DNA of 64,000 nucleotides from an uncultured Novosphingobium sp. (GTDB lineage: Bacteria; Pseudomonadota; Alphaproteobacteria; Sphingomonadales; Sphingomonadaceae): assembly GCA_964621355.1 (NCBI GenBank), contig CAZUOV010000010.1, forward strand, positions 4,364 through 68,363. The letters run 5' to 3'. A program made the translations under genes and the position numbers. This document shows positions 7,966 to 20,547 of this stretch, in pieces. The notes under the pieces were generated by a model. The model was not told the origin of the DNA. It ran no database searches and saw only the letters and a list, made by a program, of their open reading frames with translations. How positions within the stretch are numbered: position 1 is the first letter of the stretch; every line of letters begins with the position of its first letter.

Positions 7966-10869
7966 TCAATTGCCGCCTGTGGGAAGGGGCACGATTTCCA
8001 CCGGCAGGCCCAGCTTCTTCAGTTGCGGCTCCACGGTCTTGCGGTCGCCCACCACCAGCCATGTCAGCTTTGCGGGGTCAATGGCGGCGCGGGCGGCCTT
8101 GTCGAGTTCTCCCCGCGTCATTGCGTGATAGCGGGCGGCGAGGGTTTCGTAATACGTGTCGGGGCGGCCATAGAGGACATTGCGAACCATGCCCCCCAAC
8201 ACGTCCGCATTGGTCTCGAAAGAGCCGGGCAGTTCACGCGCGCTGCCGTTGGTGGACCAGCGCAGTTCTTCCGGCGTGACGCCCTCGGTGCCGAGAAAGG
8301 CGCGGATGTTCTGCCGCAGCGCGGCGATGGAATCGCCCGTCCGGTCCGCCTGTACGGGGGCGGTGACAGTGAAGGCGGCGCGTTCCAGCGGGTCGCGAAC
8401 CGTGCTGCGGACGCCATAGCTCCACCCCTTGGTTTCGCGCAGGTCCATGTTCAGGCGCGAGAGGAAATTGCTGCCCAGCACTTCATTGGCGGACTTGAGA
8501 TCGAGAAGGTCGTCCGTCCCCTTGCTCGCCAGGACCTGACCGCCGACGATGAAGGATTGCGGCGCGTTGGGCCGGTCGACCAGCAGGATGCGTGGCCGTG
8601 GGGCCGGGATGGTCGCGCTGAAATCCTTGGCCGGGGCGGGCGTGGCGGGTGCCTGCCACTGCCCGAAGCTCTTTGCCAGCAGCGGCAGGACATCGGCCAG
8701 CGTGGTGTCTCCCACCACGAAGATGGCGGCCTTGTCCGGCCTGATCCATGCGTTGTGGAAAGCCGACAGGTCGTCGCGCGTCAATTTCTGGACAACGGCG
8801 GGATCGCCCGTTCCCGTGCCGGGGATGCCATAGGGATAGGCATCTCCGTACAGCACCGGAGACAGCAGCCGCTGTGCCAGCACGCCGGGGTTGGTCATTT
8901 CCGCGCTGATCGCGGTAAGCTGCTGGGCGCGCACGCGTTCAAGCTCCGCGGGATCGAAGGCGGGGCGTTTCACGTAATCGGCCAGAAGTTCCAGCGACGG
9001 CGCGAGGTTGGGCTTCAGCGCATCGAGCTGGAAGAACGTGGCGTCGAGGGTTGCCCCGCCGGAAAGCCGGGCGCCGAGCCGCTCCTTGGCCCGAGCCAGC
9101 TCTGTCGAATTCAGGCTTTGCGTGCCTTCGTCCATTAGCTTCAGCATCATCGCCTCGGTGCCGGGCGCGCCTCGCGGATCGGCGGCATAGCCCGCATCGA
9201 ACGAGACTCGCACCGCCACCAGCGGCACTGACGTGCGCCGCGCGAAATAGACCTTGATGCCGTTGGCCAGTTGGGCGCGTTCGACATCCGGGAAATCGAG
9301 CGGAGCCAGTTCGCCCACATCGGGCAGCGCGGTGCGGTCAGGCGCGGTGACGGCGGGGGAGGGACCGCCGGTGCCCAATGCCGGATCGCGCCAGAACGCG
9401 GGGCGTGAAACCTTGCCGTCGCCGCTGCCCCTGAACCAGCCGCCCCGGTGCTCTCCGCCTTCGGTGCGCGTTCCGGGCGCGACGACCAGCCGGAATACGG
9501 GGCGGCTGAGCCACTTCGCCGTCACGTCGCGCACTTCCTGCGGCGTCAGCGCGGCGGCGCGATCCAGCGACTTGCGGAAGTATTCGGGATCGTTGGAATA
9601 GAGCAGGCCCTGCGCCAGCGTGGGCGCCTTGCCGGCAAAGCCGCCGACTTTTTCCAGCCCCCGGATTTCCGCCCCGGCATAGACTGTCGCGGCGCGGGCC
9701 AGTTCGGACGCATCCGGTCCGTTGGCGATGAAATCGGCGATCGTCCCGTCGAGCGCGGCGGCGGCCTCCACCGGATCGACGCCTGGCTTCACATCGGCCG
9801 AGATGACGAATTGCCCCGCCTGAGCGAAGATTTCCGCGCCCGCGGAAACCGAAACGGCGACTTGCCGCTTGCGGACGAGTTCATCGTCCAGGCGCGAACT
9901 GGCCAGCCCGCCCAGCACGAGCCCGCTCATGGCCAGCGGCAGGTTGTCCGGGTTGTCGAGGCCGGGGACCGCCCACATGCGATAGATGCGCGTGGTCGCC
10001 ACCTGATCCTGGATCGTCTTGTCCTTGACGGCCGCCAGCGTCGGCACCGCGGCGGCGACAGGCTGCACCGCCGGGCCGGAGGGGATCGCGCCGAACCACT
10101 TGTTCACTTTCTCCCGCGCGGTCGCGGTGTCGATATCGCCCGCCAGCACCAGGATGGCATTGTTGGGGCCGTAATGATCGCGGAACCACGTGCGGACGTC
10201 TGCGAGCGAAGCGGAATTGAGATCCGCCATCGAACCGATGGTGGAATGGTGATAGGGGTGGCCGCCGGGATAGAGGTTCTCAAGCTGCTCGTATTCGACA
10301 AGGCCATAGGGCTGGTTGTCGCCCTGACGCTTTTCGTTCTGGACGACGCCGCGCTGGTTATCGAGCTTTTCCTGCGTCACCGCGCCGAGTAGGTGGCCCA
10401 TGCGGTCGCTTTCCATCATCAACGCAAGGTCGAGCGCGCCGGTCGGCACCGTTTCGAAATAGTTGGTGCGGTCGAACCATGTCGTGCCGTTCACATCCGT
10501 GGCGCCGACCTGTTGCAGCGGCTCGAAGAAATCGCCGGGCACGTTTTCCGATCCGTTGAACATCAGATGTTCGAACAGATGGGCGAAGCCGGTCTTGCCC
10601 TTCGGTTCGTGCTTGGAGCCGACGTCATACCAGACGGACAGCGCCACGACCGGCGCCTTGCGATCCGTATGCACCAGCACGCGCAGCCCGTTGGCGAGCG
10701 TGAAGCTCTCGTAGGGAATGTCCACGGCCTTGACGAGATCAGCCAGCGGGGCGGCCTGCGCCTCCACCGGAGCGGCGGGCGCGGGTGCGCTCGCGACTTC
10801 GCGGGCGGGCTGGGCGGCGCAGGCGGACAGAGCGACGGCGGAAAGCGTGGCGAGCAAATAACGGCGCAT
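7966..10869 (-). CDS. M16 family zinc metallopeptidase, lipoprotein
   Basis: Lipobox LSAC, inverted zinc motif HLFEH, duplicated M16 domains (LANG twice), LRETKGWSYG. Confidence 0.93.
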   Translation of the reverse strand: MRRYLLATLSAVALSACAAQPAREVASAPAPAAPVEAQAAPLADLVKAVDIPYESFTLANGLRVLVHTDRKAPVVALSVWYDVGSKHEPKGKTGFAHLFEHLMFNGSENVPGDFFEPLQQVGATDVNGTTWFDRTNYFETVPTGALDLALMMESDRMGHLLGAVTQEKLDNQRGVVQNEKRQGDNQPYGLVEYEQLENLYPGGHPYHHSTIGSMADLNSASLADVRTWFRDHYGPNNAILVLAGDIDTATAREKVNKWFGAIPSGPAVQPVAAAVPTLAAVKDKTIQDQVATTRIYRMWAVPGLDNPDNLPLAMSGLVLGGLASSRLDDELVRKRQVAVSVSAGAEIFAQAGQFVISADVKPGVDPVEAAAALDGTIADFIANGPDASELARAATVYAGAEIRGLEKVGGFAGKAPTLAQGLLYSNDPEYFRKSLDRAAALTPQEVRDVTAKWLSRPVFRLVVAPGTRTEGGEHRGGWFRGSGDGKVSRPAFWRDPALGTGGPSPAVTAPDRTALPDVGELAPLDFPDVERAQLANGIKVYFARRTSVPLVAVRVSFDAGYAADPRGAPGTEAMMLKLMDEGTQSLNSTELARAKERLGARLSGGATLDATFFQLDALKPNLAPSLELLADYVKRPAFDPAELERVRAQQLTAISAEMTNPGVLAQRLLSPVLYGDAYPYGIPGTGTGDPAVVQKLTRDDLSAFHNAWIRPDKAAIFVVGDTTLADVLPLLAKSFGQWQAPATPAPAKDFSATIPAPRPRILLVDRPNAPQSFIVGGQVLASKGTDDLLDLKSANEVLGSNFLSRLNMDLRETKGWSYGVRSTVRDPLERAAFTVTAPVQADRTGDSIAALRQNIRAFLGTEGVTPEELRWSTNGSARELPGSFETNADVLGGMVRNVLYGRPDTYYETLAARYHAMTRGELDKAARAAIDPAKLTWLVVGDRKTVEPQLKKLGLPVEIVPLPTGGN

Positions 10870-10991
10870 GCGATTGTCCCTGACATCCTTGTGAATAGCG
10901 GCAAAATAACGAGATGTGCCGCACTATGCCATGGGGGATTTGCACCGGCTGCGCATTGGCGCGATCTATTGCACAGAAAGGTGCCGCCGGC

Positions 10992-11810
10992 TCAGGCGCT
11001 CAGTTGCCGCGCGACGGCTACGAATTCGTCGATGGAAAGCGTTTCGGCGCGCCGTTGCGGGTCGATACCCAAGGTGTCGAGCGCGTCCAGCGCGCCGGGC
11101 AGCCCCTTGAGGCTCTGGCGCAGCATCTTGCGGCGCTGGCCGAAAGCGGCCTCGGTGATACGCTCCAGCACGCGGGCGGAGACGCCGGACGGCCGGTCGG
11201 CGGGCGTGACGTGGACGATGGCCGACATCACTTTGGGCGGCGGCGTGAAGGCGCTGCGATGCACTTTCATCGCCAGCTTCGCGCGAGAGCGCCATTGGGC
11301 GAGGACGGCAAGCCGTCCATAGGCGGACGATCCCGGCGCGGCCACGATGCGCTGGGCCACTTCCTGCTGGAACATGAGCGTGAGGGAGCGCCATTGCGGC
11401 GGCCATGCCTCGCCGGAGAGCCAGCCGGTGAACAATGCCGTCCCCACGTTGTAGGGCAGGTTGGCGACGATCGCGAAAGGCCCGTCGAACAGCGATGCGG
11501 CGGTGATCTTCAGCGCGTCGCCTTCGATCACGCGCAGTTTGCCAGGGAATGCTTCCGCCACTTCGGCCAATGCGGGCAGGCAGCGCCGGTCCATCTCGAC
11601 GGCCGTGACCTGGGCACCCGCGCGCAGCAGGGCGCGCGTGAGGCCGCCGGGACCGGGGCCGATTTCCAATACGTCCGCCCCGTGCAAGTCGCCGGGAATG
11701 GCGGCGATACGGTCCAGCAACTGCTCGTCGAACAGGAAGTTCTGCCCCAGCGCCTTCGAGGCGGAAAGTCCGTGCCGCGCGATGACGTCACGCAGGGGAG
11801 GAAGGTTCAC
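10992..11810 (-). CDS. rsmA: 16S rRNA m6,2A dimethyltransferase
   Basis: [40 protein letters not shown] overlap with pdxA. Confidence 0.96.
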   Translation of the reverse strand: MNLPPLRDVIARHGLSASKALGQNFLFDEQLLDRIAAIPGDLHGADVLEIGPGPGGLTRALLRAGAQVTAVEMDRRCLPALAEVAEAFPGKLRVIEGDALKITAASLFDGPFAIVANLPYNVGTALFTGWLSGEAWPPQWRSLTLMFQQEVAQRIVAAPGSSAYGRLAVLAQWRSRAKLAMKVHRSAFTPPPKVMSAIVHVTPADRPSGVSARVLERITEAAFGQRRKMLRQSLKGLPGALDALDTLGIDPQRRAETLSIDEFVAVARQLSA

Positions 11811-12817
11811 GCGGCCTGCCTTCGCGCCGCGCATTCGCCCGCCATGCGCAGGGCGGCGATCGTCGAACCGGCGTGTGCCAGGTTGCGCCCCGCGATGGCG
11901 AAGGCCGTGCCGTGATCCGGCGAGGTGCGGATGATGGGCAGGCCGAGCGTGACGTTTACGCCCGCGTCGAAATCGAGCGTCTTGGCCGGGATCAGCGCCT
12001 GATCGTGATACATGCACAGCGCCACGTCGAATTCCGCGCGCCCGCGCGGCGAAAACAGCGCATCGGCCGGATGCGGGCCGCTGACGGCAAGCCCTTCCGC
12101 CTGCAAGGCGGCCACGGCGGGCGCAATCACGTCGCGGTCCTCATGCCCCATGCGCCCGTCCTCACCCGCGTGGGGATTGAGCGCGGCAATCGCGATCCGG
12201 GGGCGATCCAGCCCGAAATCCCGGCGCAGCGCCGCCGCCACGATGCGGGCCTTGCGCTCGACCAGGCCGCGCGTGATGAGGCGCGGCACCTCCGACAGCG
12301 CGACGTGGATCGTGAGCGGCACGGTCCGCAGGTTCGGCCCGGCGATCATCATCACGGCATCGTCGGGAGCGGTGCCCGACGCCTCGGCTACGAACTCGGT
12401 CTGGCCGGGATGCGCAAAGCCGATTTCGGCGAGCCGGGCCTTGGCGACCGGGCCGGTGACGATGCCGCCGACTCTGCCCTCGTCCGCCAGTTGCGCCGCA
12501 CCGCGCAGCGAGGCGAGGGCGAGTGCCGCCCCGGCGCGGTTGGGCCGGCCGGGATCATAGGGCACGTCCTCGTCGCCGAACACCGGCAGCGCTTCGAGGA
12601 ACGCCTCGGCGGCATCGGCCGGATCGGCGATCCGTGCGATCGGCACATCGAGCCTGCGCAGTCTGGCCGCGGCGGCGAGCAGTCCCGCGCCACCGACCGC
12701 GAAGAATGGTAGCGGCCCGGTCTCGTCGCGCCGGGTCCAGGCTTCGGCCAGCAGTTCAGGCCCCACGCCCGCCGGGTCGCCCAGCGAAGCCGCCAGTATG
12801 AGCGCCGTGGCGCCCAC
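11807..12817 (-). CDS. pdxA: 4-hydroxythreonine-4-phosphate dehydrogenase
   Basis: [40 protein letters not shown]. Confidence 0.95.
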   Translation of the reverse strand: MGATALILAASLGDPAGVGPELLAEAWTRRDETGPLPFFAVGGAGLLAAAARLRRLDVPIARIADPADAAEAFLEALPVFGDEDVPYDPGRPNRAGAALALASLRGAAQLADEGRVGGIVTGPVAKARLAEIGFAHPGQTEFVAEASGTAPDDAVMMIAGPNLRTVPLTIHVALSEVPRLITRGLVERKARIVAAALRRDFGLDRPRIAIAALNPHAGEDGRMGHEDRDVIAPAVAALQAEGLAVSGPHPADALFSPRGRAEFDVALCMYHDQALIPAKTLDFDAGVNVTLGLPIIRTSPDHGTAFAIAGRNLAHAGSTIAALRMAGECAARRQAA

Positions 12818-12818
12818 G

Positions 12819-14231
12819 TCAGTTATATTCGATGATGGCGTCGCGGCGAAGGTCGCGCAGATACATCTGGGCGCGCTTGTTGACGCGGTCTTCCTCCATC
12901 TGCGACATGACCTGCTCGAAGCTGGGGCCGGCATCGCCTTGCGGATCATCGCGGCCGCAGAGCATCAGAACCCGCACGCCATCGCTTATCGACCCGAAGG
13001 GCGGAGAGACTTCCCCGATCGACATGCCGAGGATCACGTCCTGCAACGGTCCCGGCAAGTCGCGCGCCTGAACCTGATCGTTTTCCACGACTTGCGCCCC
13101 CAGGCGGGCCGCCGCTTCGTTCACCGCGCCGCAGCCGTGAACCGCTTTCATCGCCGTTGCGAATTCACCCGCGCGCCTGCTGGCCTGGGCATCGGTCGTG
13201 CCGGGGGGGAACGAGATCGCCACTTGCTTGAGCGCCAGCACCGCATCGCGCGGATCAGCCGTCAATACCTGCCGCTTGTCAATCAGGTAGATGATTGAGA
13301 AGCCGCCGGGAACCTCGATCGGGCCGACAAGCTGGCCCGGCTGCAATTCGCGCGTCACCGTGGCCAGTTCGGCCGGAAGCTGCGCGAGGCGAATCCAGCC
13401 GAGATCGCCGCCCACCGCCGCCGTGGACGCCTGGGAATACTGGCGGGCATAGGCGACGAAGCTGCCGCCCTGCCGGAGTTGGCTGACGATCTGGCCAGCG
13501 TTCTCGGCAACTTGCTGCCGCGCGTCGGGCGCGGCGGCGAGATAGATTTCGCCCAGCCGGTATTCTTCCGTGCCCTTGGCGGCCTTCAGCCGCTGGATCA
13601 TCTCGCTCACTTCCTCGTTCGAGACGTTGACGAAAGGCTGGATATTGCGCCCCAGCAGGCGTTGCCACGAAAGCTCGCCCCGGATCTGGCGCTTGAGCGA
13701 TGCGGCGGAAGAACCGATGCGCTTGAGGTAAGCGTCCATCGCCGCGGTGTTCTGGTTGAAGTTCTGCTGCGCGACGCGAGTGTAGGTCTGTTCCACGTCA
13801 TCGTCGCTCACCGCGACGTTGGCCGCGCTGGCTTCCTGGATCTGGAGCGTTTCGTCGATCAGGTTGCGCAGCACCTGAAGCCGCAGGCGTTGCAGTTCAT
13901 CGGCCGAAGGCTTGTTGTCGTTCGCGGCGAGGATCAGCGCAAGGCGCTGGTCGACGTCGGTGCCGGTGATGATGTCGCCGTTCACGACGGCGGTCGCCCG
14001 GCGGACATTGGGATCGTTCTTGCCGAACAGAGTAATGTCGCTGGGGATGCCGAGCGGCGATAGCGCCTGGGAGACCGGCTCGGTCGGCGTTTCCGGCGTG
14101 ACCTGCTGGGCCGCCACCGGAAGCGCGGCGATTCCAAGGCCCACGGCGAGAAACCGGCCCATGGGGATAAGCCGGCCCATAGGGACAAGCCGGATCGCGG
14201 AAAACATCAAGTTGCGAATGACTGATTCCAC
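12819..14231 (-). CDS. surA: SurA-like peptidyl-prolyl isomerase chaperone
   Basis: AVVNGDIIT SurA N-domain, rotamase GGDLGW, located between lptD and pdxA. Start uncertain. Confidence 0.88.
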   Translation of the reverse strand: MESVIRNLMFSAIRLVPMGRLIPMGRFLAVGLGIAALPVAAQQVTPETPTEPVSQALSPLGIPSDITLFGKNDPNVRRATAVVNGDIITGTDVDQRLALILAANDNKPSADELQRLRLQVLRNLIDETLQIQEASAANVAVSDDDVEQTYTRVAQQNFNQNTAAMDAYLKRIGSSAASLKRQIRGELSWQRLLGRNIQPFVNVSNEEVSEMIQRLKAAKGTEEYRLGEIYLAAAPDARQQVAENAGQIVSQLRQGGSFVAYARQYSQASTAAVGGDLGWIRLAQLPAELATVTRELQPGQLVGPIEVPGGFSIIYLIDKRQVLTADPRDAVLALKQVAISFPPGTTDAQASRRAGEFATAMKAVHGCGAVNEAAARLGAQVVENDQVQARDLPGPLQDVILGMSIGEVSPPFGSISDGVRVLMLCGRDDPQGDAGPSFEQVMSQMEEDRVNKRAQMYLRDLRRDAIIEYN

Positions 14232-14390
14232 TTTCGCTGTGTTCCTGTTCGTGACCGGCCTGTTCGTCGCGGGTTTCGTTCCGCCACGGACAGGCTCCTG
14301 CCGGTGCCGTGTGCCGATTATCAACTTAACCACTGCTGAGCGCCGATAGCGCCTTTGTCCGCGCCTGCCAACGTCCGCGCGTTCGGACCA

Positions 14391-16664
14391 TCAGCGCAAG
14401 CCGAGATTTCTCAGCGCGAAATAGATCTGGAAGGTGTTGCCCTTGCGCGCATCGCCGGTGCGGACATAGTCGCGCCGCCATGTCACCGCGAGTTCGAGGC
14501 AGTCGTCCTCATAGGCGAGGCCGAGGCGTGTGCGCAGGGGTTGGAACCCGTCCGAATTGTTGCGCGGGTCTTCCTTGCGGTCCGTCAGGTTGACGACCCC
14601 GGAGCCGAACATCGACCAGTATCGCGCGAAAGCCACACGCGCCGCGCCGCGCAGTTCCTCGCGGTCCTGCAAGTCTTCCAGTTCGGTGATGTTGCGGTTG
14701 AGGCGGACATAGCCGAGTTCGACATAAGTGCGCTGGTTGCCTACCGTCGCGTCGACTTCGTTGCGGCGGATGGCGAAGCTGTCCTTGTCGAGCCGGTAAC
14801 GGTGCGTGAACTTCACGAAGTCGCGATAACGCACTTCAGTGCGGCCGACGATATCGGACGTGCGGCTGGTGAGACCCGTGCCGTCCGGCAGCAGAGTCTG
14901 CTTGCTGGTGAGACGATACGATTGCCCCACCGTGGCGTTGATTCGCCAGCGCGGGCGTTCGAACTGCCAGTCGAACCCGTAAGTGAAGCGGGTGCCATCC
15001 TCGACCCGGTCATAGCCGGGAAAGCGACTGAGCGCGAAGAGGTTGCTGTCTTCGAGGTCGATGGCCCGGGCGTCCTCGTTCGGCACGGCGAGATTGCGGA
15101 TCGGCGGACTGGCGACGATCTGGACGCGCGGGGTCAGCACTTGCGTTCCGCCGAGCAGAGTGCCCACGAAGGGCCATTTCACGTCGATGGCGCCCAGCGC
15201 CACGCCGCGGCCCTGCCACCCCGGCTTGCCGCGATAGATCGCGGTTGTCGTTAGGCCGTTCTCGTCCGAATGATAGATGTCGCCGCGCGCCAGCGCGGTC
15301 AGCGTCACTTCCTGGCCCATCGCCGAGATGCGCCGCAAGTCCCAGCGCGCCCCGGCGAAAGCGCGCTGCGTGTCCTGTCCCGCCGTCCGCGTGATGGCGA
15401 GACTGTTGGCCTGAAATTCAATCTGGCCGCCCAGCAGCGGATCGGCGATGCGGCGGCGGTAGTCGATTTCCGGCAGGGCAAGGGGGACAAGCCCGGGCCT
15501 GTCGCCGACGCGCAGCGTCTGGGTTTCCCAACCGGCGATCGACAGATAGCTGTTGGCGTCGATCCGCCTCACCTGAATCGTGGATCGCAGCCGGTCGTCG
15601 CGGCTGATGTCGTAGCGGCGCAGGAAAGTCGCGTCGGTCGTGCGCCGCAGCGCGAACGTGACGCTCCAGTTCGGGTCGAGCTGAAACCGGCCGTTGGTGT
15701 CGATATACCCGCGGAAATCGCGCTGGGCGCCGGTATCGGGCGTCGTGCCCGTCACCGCGATGCGCTTGCTGTGCGTGGCATGGCCCGTGATCTGGAATGC
15801 CCCGCGCGAGAACAGGCCCCGATATTGCGCCGAAATCATGGGCGGCGCTTCGGTATAGGCATGGAGCGTCGTCGTCAGATCGTGATTGTCGGCCAGCCGG
15901 ATATAATAGCTGGCGCCGATTTCCAGTCCGTTCGACGGGGTGGAGGACAGGTCCGGCACCAGCACGCCGGACACCGCGTTGCCGTCCGTTCGCACCGTCA
16001 GGCCGGGCAAGGGCAGCAGCGGCATGCCGAACAGTTCGAGCCTCGCGCCCTTGAAGCGCACGGTCTTGCCCTGCGCGTCGTAAGTGACGCGCGCAGCCGT
16101 GACGCGCCAGCTCGGCTTCTTGGGGCAGCCCTTGCTGTCCACCACGTCGCAGCCGGTATAGGCGGCTCTGTCGAGCACGATCGTGCCGTCGTCCGCGCGC
16201 GCGCCGCCGACGGCGGCGAGCCTGCCGCCCTCGCGCATGACGAGCAGCAGGTTCTCCATCGCGCCTGCCTTCAGTTCCTCGGTCAGCTCGACGCGATCGG
16301 TATAGGCCTGGTTGCCGTCTTCATCGACGATGCGGACGTTGCCCGTGGCCACGATCCGGCCGCTTTCGCGCTGCCATGTGACGGTATCCGCCCGCGCCGA
16401 CTGGATGCCGCGGCGCAGTACGACATTGCCGGACGCGGTCACTGTGTCGGTGTTGCTGTCATACTGGACGTTGTCGGCCTCGAACGCGATGTCGCGCTCG
16501 GCGGTTTCGTCCACGACGACCGCCTGACGCTCCATGCTTGCCTCCTGCGCGTGCGCGGCGGGCAACAGGGCGGTCGACGAAACGAGAGCGGCGGCAACGG
16601 CCAGCCCGCCACGGGAGCGCAGGCACGGCCAGAGGGCGCGCGGGAACCGGGTGGCGGGGTGCAT
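14391..16664 (-). CDS. lptD: LPS assembly outer-membrane protein
   Basis: OstA-like N-domain (ASGNV repeats), YTGC, PNED, DLEDSNLF, YEDDC, LRNLG. Start uncertain. Confidence 0.93.
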   Translation of the reverse strand: MHPATRFPRALWPCLRSRGGLAVAAALVSSTALLPAAHAQEASMERQAVVVDETAERDIAFEADNVQYDSNTDTVTASGNVVLRRGIQSARADTVTWQRESGRIVATGNVRIVDEDGNQAYTDRVELTEELKAGAMENLLLVMREGGRLAAVGGARADDGTIVLDRAAYTGCDVVDSKGCPKKPSWRVTAARVTYDAQGKTVRFKGARLELFGMPLLPLPGLTVRTDGNAVSGVLVPDLSSTPSNGLEIGASYYIRLADNHDLTTTLHAYTEAPPMISAQYRGLFSRGAFQITGHATHSKRIAVTGTTPDTGAQRDFRGYIDTNGRFQLDPNWSVTFALRRTTDATFLRRYDISRDDRLRSTIQVRRIDANSYLSIAGWETQTLRVGDRPGLVPLALPEIDYRRRIADPLLGGQIEFQANSLAITRTAGQDTQRAFAGARWDLRRISAMGQEVTLTALARGDIYHSDENGLTTTAIYRGKPGWQGRGVALGAIDVKWPFVGTLLGGTQVLTPRVQIVASPPIRNLAVPNEDARAIDLEDSNLFALSRFPGYDRVEDGTRFTYGFDWQFERPRWRINATVGQSYRLTSKQTLLPDGTGLTSRTSDIVGRTEVRYRDFVKFTHRYRLDKDSFAIRRNEVDATVGNQRTYVELGYVRLNRNITELEDLQDREELRGAARVAFARYWSMFGSGVVNLTDRKEDPRNNSDGFQPLRTRLGLAYEDDCLELAVTWRRDYVRTGDARKGNTFQIYFALRNLGLR

Positions 16665-16759
16665 CCCTTGCCTATCGCACCGCTGCGCCCTAACTGCAAT
16701 TGCCTTGAAGGCGCGCGGCACTCTCTTCGCCGCGAATCGCCCGGTCGTCAGGAGTTCCG

Positions 16760-18226
<1,467 letters not shown>

Positions 18227-18249
18227 GCTCGTCGGGAAGCAGGACGGAC

Positions 18250-18687
18250 ATGCGCGTCGACTTCTACCAGCTTGGCCGCGATCCGGCGGAAAAGGCGCTG
18301 GTGCCGCTGGCGCGCAAGACGCTGGAGGCCGGTGAGCGCCTGCTCATCGTCTCCGGGGACGAGGCACAGCTTGGCCGCATCGACCGCGCCCTGTGGGAAG
18401 AGGACCGCGCGGGCTTTCTCGCCCACGACATGGCGGGCGGGGAGCATGACGCCTTGCAGCCCATCCTGCTGTCCCCTGAGGCGGAGCCCGCGAACGGCGC
18501 GGGGTTCATGGCCATCACCGATGGTGTCTGGCGCGAAGCCGATCCGCCGTTCGCCCGCACACTGTTCCTGTTCGATGAAGGGACGATCGACGCGGCCCGC
18601 GCGTGCTGGTCCATGCTCGGCAAGCGCGGCGGGGTGGAGCGCCGATACTGGAAGCAGGACGGCGGGCGCTGGGTGGAAGGCCCCTGA
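18250..18687 (+). CDS. holC: DNA polymerase III chi subunit
   Basis: MRVDFYQL, LW...FLAH, QPILL; follows pepA. Confidence 0.9.
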   Translation: MRVDFYQLGRDPAEKALVPLARKTLEAGERLLIVSGDEAQLGRIDRALWEEDRAGFLAHDMAGGEHDALQPILLSPEAEPANGAGFMAITDGVWREADPPFARTLFLFDEGTIDAARACWSMLGKRGGVERRYWKQDGGRWVEGP

Positions 18688-18793
18688 CGCGATGCAGGGA
18701 AATGGACCGCGCGATCTTGCGGTGCAACATTTTCCCGGCTAGGGGCCGCGCCACTTTACAAAACGACACGAAAAAATCGCAAGGAACCCAACC

Positions 18794-19216
18794 ATGGCGG
18801 TCACTCGCACATTCTCGATCATCAAGCCCGACGCCACGCGCCGCAACCTGACGGGCGCCGTCACCCGGATGCTGGAAGAGGCCGGCCTGCGCGTCGTCGC
18901 TTCAAAGCGCATCCACATGACGAAGGAGCAGGCCGAAGGCTTCTACGCCGTCCATAAGGAACGCCCCTTCTTCAACGATCTGGTCAGCTTCATGATTTCC
19001 GGCCCGGTCGTGGTGCAGGTGCTGGAAGGCGAGGATGCGGTGAAGCGCAACCGCGACGTGATGGGCGCCACCAATCCGGCCGATGCCGCCGAAGGCACGA
19101 TTCGCAAGGCTTTCGCCGAAAGCATCGAGGCGAATTCGGTCCACGGTTCGGACAGCGACGAGAACGCCAGGATTGAGATCGACTATTTCTTCAAGCCGGA
19201 AGAGATCGTCGGCTGA
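18794..19216 (+). CDS. ndk: Nucleoside-diphosphate kinase
   Basis: [28 protein letters not shown]. Confidence 0.98.
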   Translation: MAVTRTFSIIKPDATRRNLTGAVTRMLEEAGLRVVASKRIHMTKEQAEGFYAVHKERPFFNDLVSFMISGPVVVQVLEGEDAVKRNRDVMGATNPADAAEGTIRKAFAESIEANSVHGSDSDENARIEIDYFFKPEEIVG

Positions 19217-19243
19217 TCTGCGATCACGCCCATGACGTATAGC

Positions 19244-19277
19244 GAAGGCCGTCCCCCTGGGGGCGGCCTTTTCGTTT
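19244..19277 (+). terminator. Intrinsic terminator after ndk
   Basis: AAGGCCGTCCCC...GGGGCGGCCTT followed by TTCGTTT. Confidence 0.85.
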
Positions 19278-19323
19278 GAAACGGCGGGGCGGGGCGCTTA
19301 TCTTTCCGGCAAAGGAGATTGCG

Positions 19324-19572
19324 ATGCTGGGCATGGGTCAGACGGGCGAGGATTGCCCCTTTGAATTCAACTTCGATGAAAAGACGTTCAAGGTGGGTGA
19401 CACGGTAAGCTATCGCGTCAACGGCAGCCTTGAGGGGTTCCCTTTCGTCGGGACGCTGGTGGAAGTGCATGACGATCATGTCATCATCGCGCCCGATCCC
19501 ACCAAGCCCGACGACCGCTATCGCGGCACGCGTGAAAGCCGCCCGATGGTGGACGAAAGCGAGATCAAGTAG
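19324..19572 (+). CDS. Small hypothetical protein (82 aa), possibly SH3/KOW-like
   Basis: AAGGAG RBS; FKVGDTVSYRV...FVGTLVEVHDDHVII. Confidence 0.7.
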   Translation: MLGMGQTGEDCPFEFNFDEKTFKVGDTVSYRVNGSLEGFPFVGTLVEVHDDHVIIAPDPTKPDDRYRGTRESRPMVDESEIK

Positions 19573-19578
19573 CGCTAT

Positions 19579-20547
19579 TCAGAACTGATCGGCGGCGTCC
19601 ATCAGTGTGGTGAGCCGCCTGGGCGCCACCGCGCGCCAGCTTCGTGCCAGCCAGTCCGTCACCAGTTCCCAATCCACGCCGGGGCGGTTGAGGATCACGC
19701 CGACCCAGCCATGGGCGCCGTAATAGGCCGGACGGAAATAGGCGTCCGGCCGCGCTTCGACCAGTTCTTCCAGTTCGTCCTGCCCACTGGTCTTGGCGAG
19801 CAGTGCGATATGCGGCGTGCCGTGATGCTGGTCGTTGAAATAGGCGAAATATTTGCCGCCGGCCCGCCAGCCGGGCGCGCCGTGCGAAGGGCGCTCTTCC
19901 GCTTCCGGCAGCGCCATCGCGAGTTCCCGCACGCGCGACAGCAGCCATTCGGGTGAGGATTCCCGGCTGACGAGCCGTTCCAGACAGCGCGAATAGAGCT
20001 GGTGTTCCGCGATCAGGACGCGCGCGGCGAGTGTGTCGGGGGTATCGCCCGGCAGGATGGCGACAGGCGTCTGACCCAGGATCGGCCCGGCATCGAGTTC
20101 GGCCGTCACCAGATGCACCGTCACGCCACCATGCGTGTCGCCCGCTTCGATGGCGCGTTCATGAGTGTGCAGGCCGGTGTATTTCGGCAGCAGGGATGGA
20201 TGGACGTTGAGCAGCCGGCCTTCCCACCGCGCCACGAACTCCGGCGTCAGGATGCGCATGTAACCGGCCAGCGCCACGTATTGCGCGCCGTGTTCGCGGA
20301 TCGCCGCGTCCATCGCGTGATCGTGATCGGCGCGCGCCATGCCCTTGTGCGGCAGGGCGAACGTGGGCACGCCTTCCGCCGCCGCCAGCGCCAGCCCGCC
20401 GGCTTCGGGGTTGTTGCTGGCCACCAGCACGATTTCATAAGGGCAATCCGCCGCGCGGGCGGCATAGAGCAGCGCGGCCATATTGGTGCCGCTGCCCGAA
20501 ATCAGGACGGCGACGGGCGCGCGCCGGGATTGCTCCGCCTCAGGCAA
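19579..20547 (-). CDS. purN: Phosphoribosylglycinamide formyltransferase with C-terminal MmcQ/YjbR-like domain
   Basis: [32 protein letters not shown]; extra ~120 aa with SHGAPGW and [12 protein letters not shown]. Confidence 0.93.
   Translation of the reverse strand: MPEAEQSRRAPVAVLISGSGTNMAALLYAARAADCPYEIVLVASNNPEAGGLALAAAEGVPTFALPHKGMARADHDHAMDAAIREHGAQYVALAGYMRILTPEFVARWEGRLLNVHPSLLPKYTGLHTHERAIEAGDTHGGVTVHLVTAELDAGPILGQTPVAILPGDTPDTLAARVLIAEHQLYSRCLERLVSRESSPEWLLSRVRELAMALPEAEERPSHGAPGWRAGGKYFAYFNDQHHGTPHIALLAKTSGQDELEELVEARPDAYFRPAYYGAHGWVGVILNRPGVDWELVTDWLARSWRAVAPRRLTTLMDAADQF

Noticed and set aside
14320..14345. TTAACC CtrA half-site upstream of surA
   Set aside because: Second half-site too degenerate to support a call.
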